Origin: Zygnema circumcarinatum SAG 698-1b
Taxonomy: Eukaryota > Plantae > Zygnematophyceae
Direction: 5' to 3'
Length of the DNA stretch: 64,000 bases
Assembly: GCA_037447605.1 (NCBI GenBank)
Contig: CM074805.1
Span: 963,361 to 1,027,360 of the forward strand
Shown here: piece after piece, positions 63,526-64,000 of the stretch
Numbering within the stretch: position 1 is the first letter of the stretch
Layout of the letters: each line of letters starts with the position of its first letter
The notes under the pieces: model-generated
The model's input: the letters and a program-made list of their open reading frames with translations, nothing else
Databases searched by the model: none
Told to the model about the DNA's origin: nothing
Position numbers and translations under genes: made by a program

Positions 63526-64000
63526 CTGCGAAATGAAGCATCAAGGGTGTCAGCTTGCATACAGGCACAAGTTGTAACCTAAAGAGGTTGGACACCGCTT
63601 TCAGCAGATAACTTACAAAAGACTAGAGCAACCATTGCAAAGACCTAATGGATGCATGAGAAGAACAGGAAGTGCCTAAGTGAATAGCTACAGTCGCGAA
63701 GTGCTACGTCGCAAGTTTGCGAAAAGGTCGGAGGTTCTGATGGACGTGAAGAACGTTATGTATCAGCATGCCAGTGGATATATTCTCCTTATAAGCATTT
63801 TTTTTCTGTCTAATAATTATTTTGATGCCAAATGTAACGTGACGAGGAAATGCTACTATACATCATATTGTTAGCCATGAACTCTGATGTCTATTCGCGA
63901 AGAAGTAGCGTAATTGTTTAGATCATTATGCGTTTCTTGATTCAATGTACCAGGTAGAAGAGTGATAGGGGCGTGTTTTGTACCTAAGATTGGAAGGCGT

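Noticed and set aside
1-64000. tRNA/rRNA genes, transposase or reverse-transcriptase ORFs
   Set aside because: None recognised by eye; a tRNAscan/Rfam/TE-HMM run would be needed to exclude them.

Overview
Intron-rich eukaryotic nuclear DNA from a green-lineage organism. The gene set (PSB33, TL29, GT92, Orai, arsM) and an atp6 that reads without obvious editing sites suggest a streptophyte alga, possibly a zygnematophyte; the taxon is inferred, not proven. The first ~1.15 kb is mitochondrial-type DNA: atp6 exon 1 plus the 5' part of a group II intron inserted after nt 439. The spliced nuclear genes, in order, are an SC35-like SR protein (-), VPS37 (-), HOP2 (-), PSB33 (+), Orai-like A (+), a PHD+BAH protein (-), TL29/APX4 (-), Orai-like B (-), arsenite methyltransferase (+), three YhfW-like FAD-oxidoreductase/Rieske paralogs (-,-,+) and a 5'-incomplete GT92 gene (-). 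Highlights: (i) both Orai paralogs have Gln at the Ca2+-selectivity Glu position and carry N-terminal W-x-x-(E/A)-D repeats; (ii) the three bacterial-type FAD/Rieske enzymes have different N-termini, two share a G-box/ABRE-rich bidirectional promoter, and the trio sits next to arsM; (iii) there are small MITE- and retroposon-like repeats, one related to sequence at the mito/nuclear junction. All gene models were spliced by eye without database searches, so exon edges may be off by a few nt.
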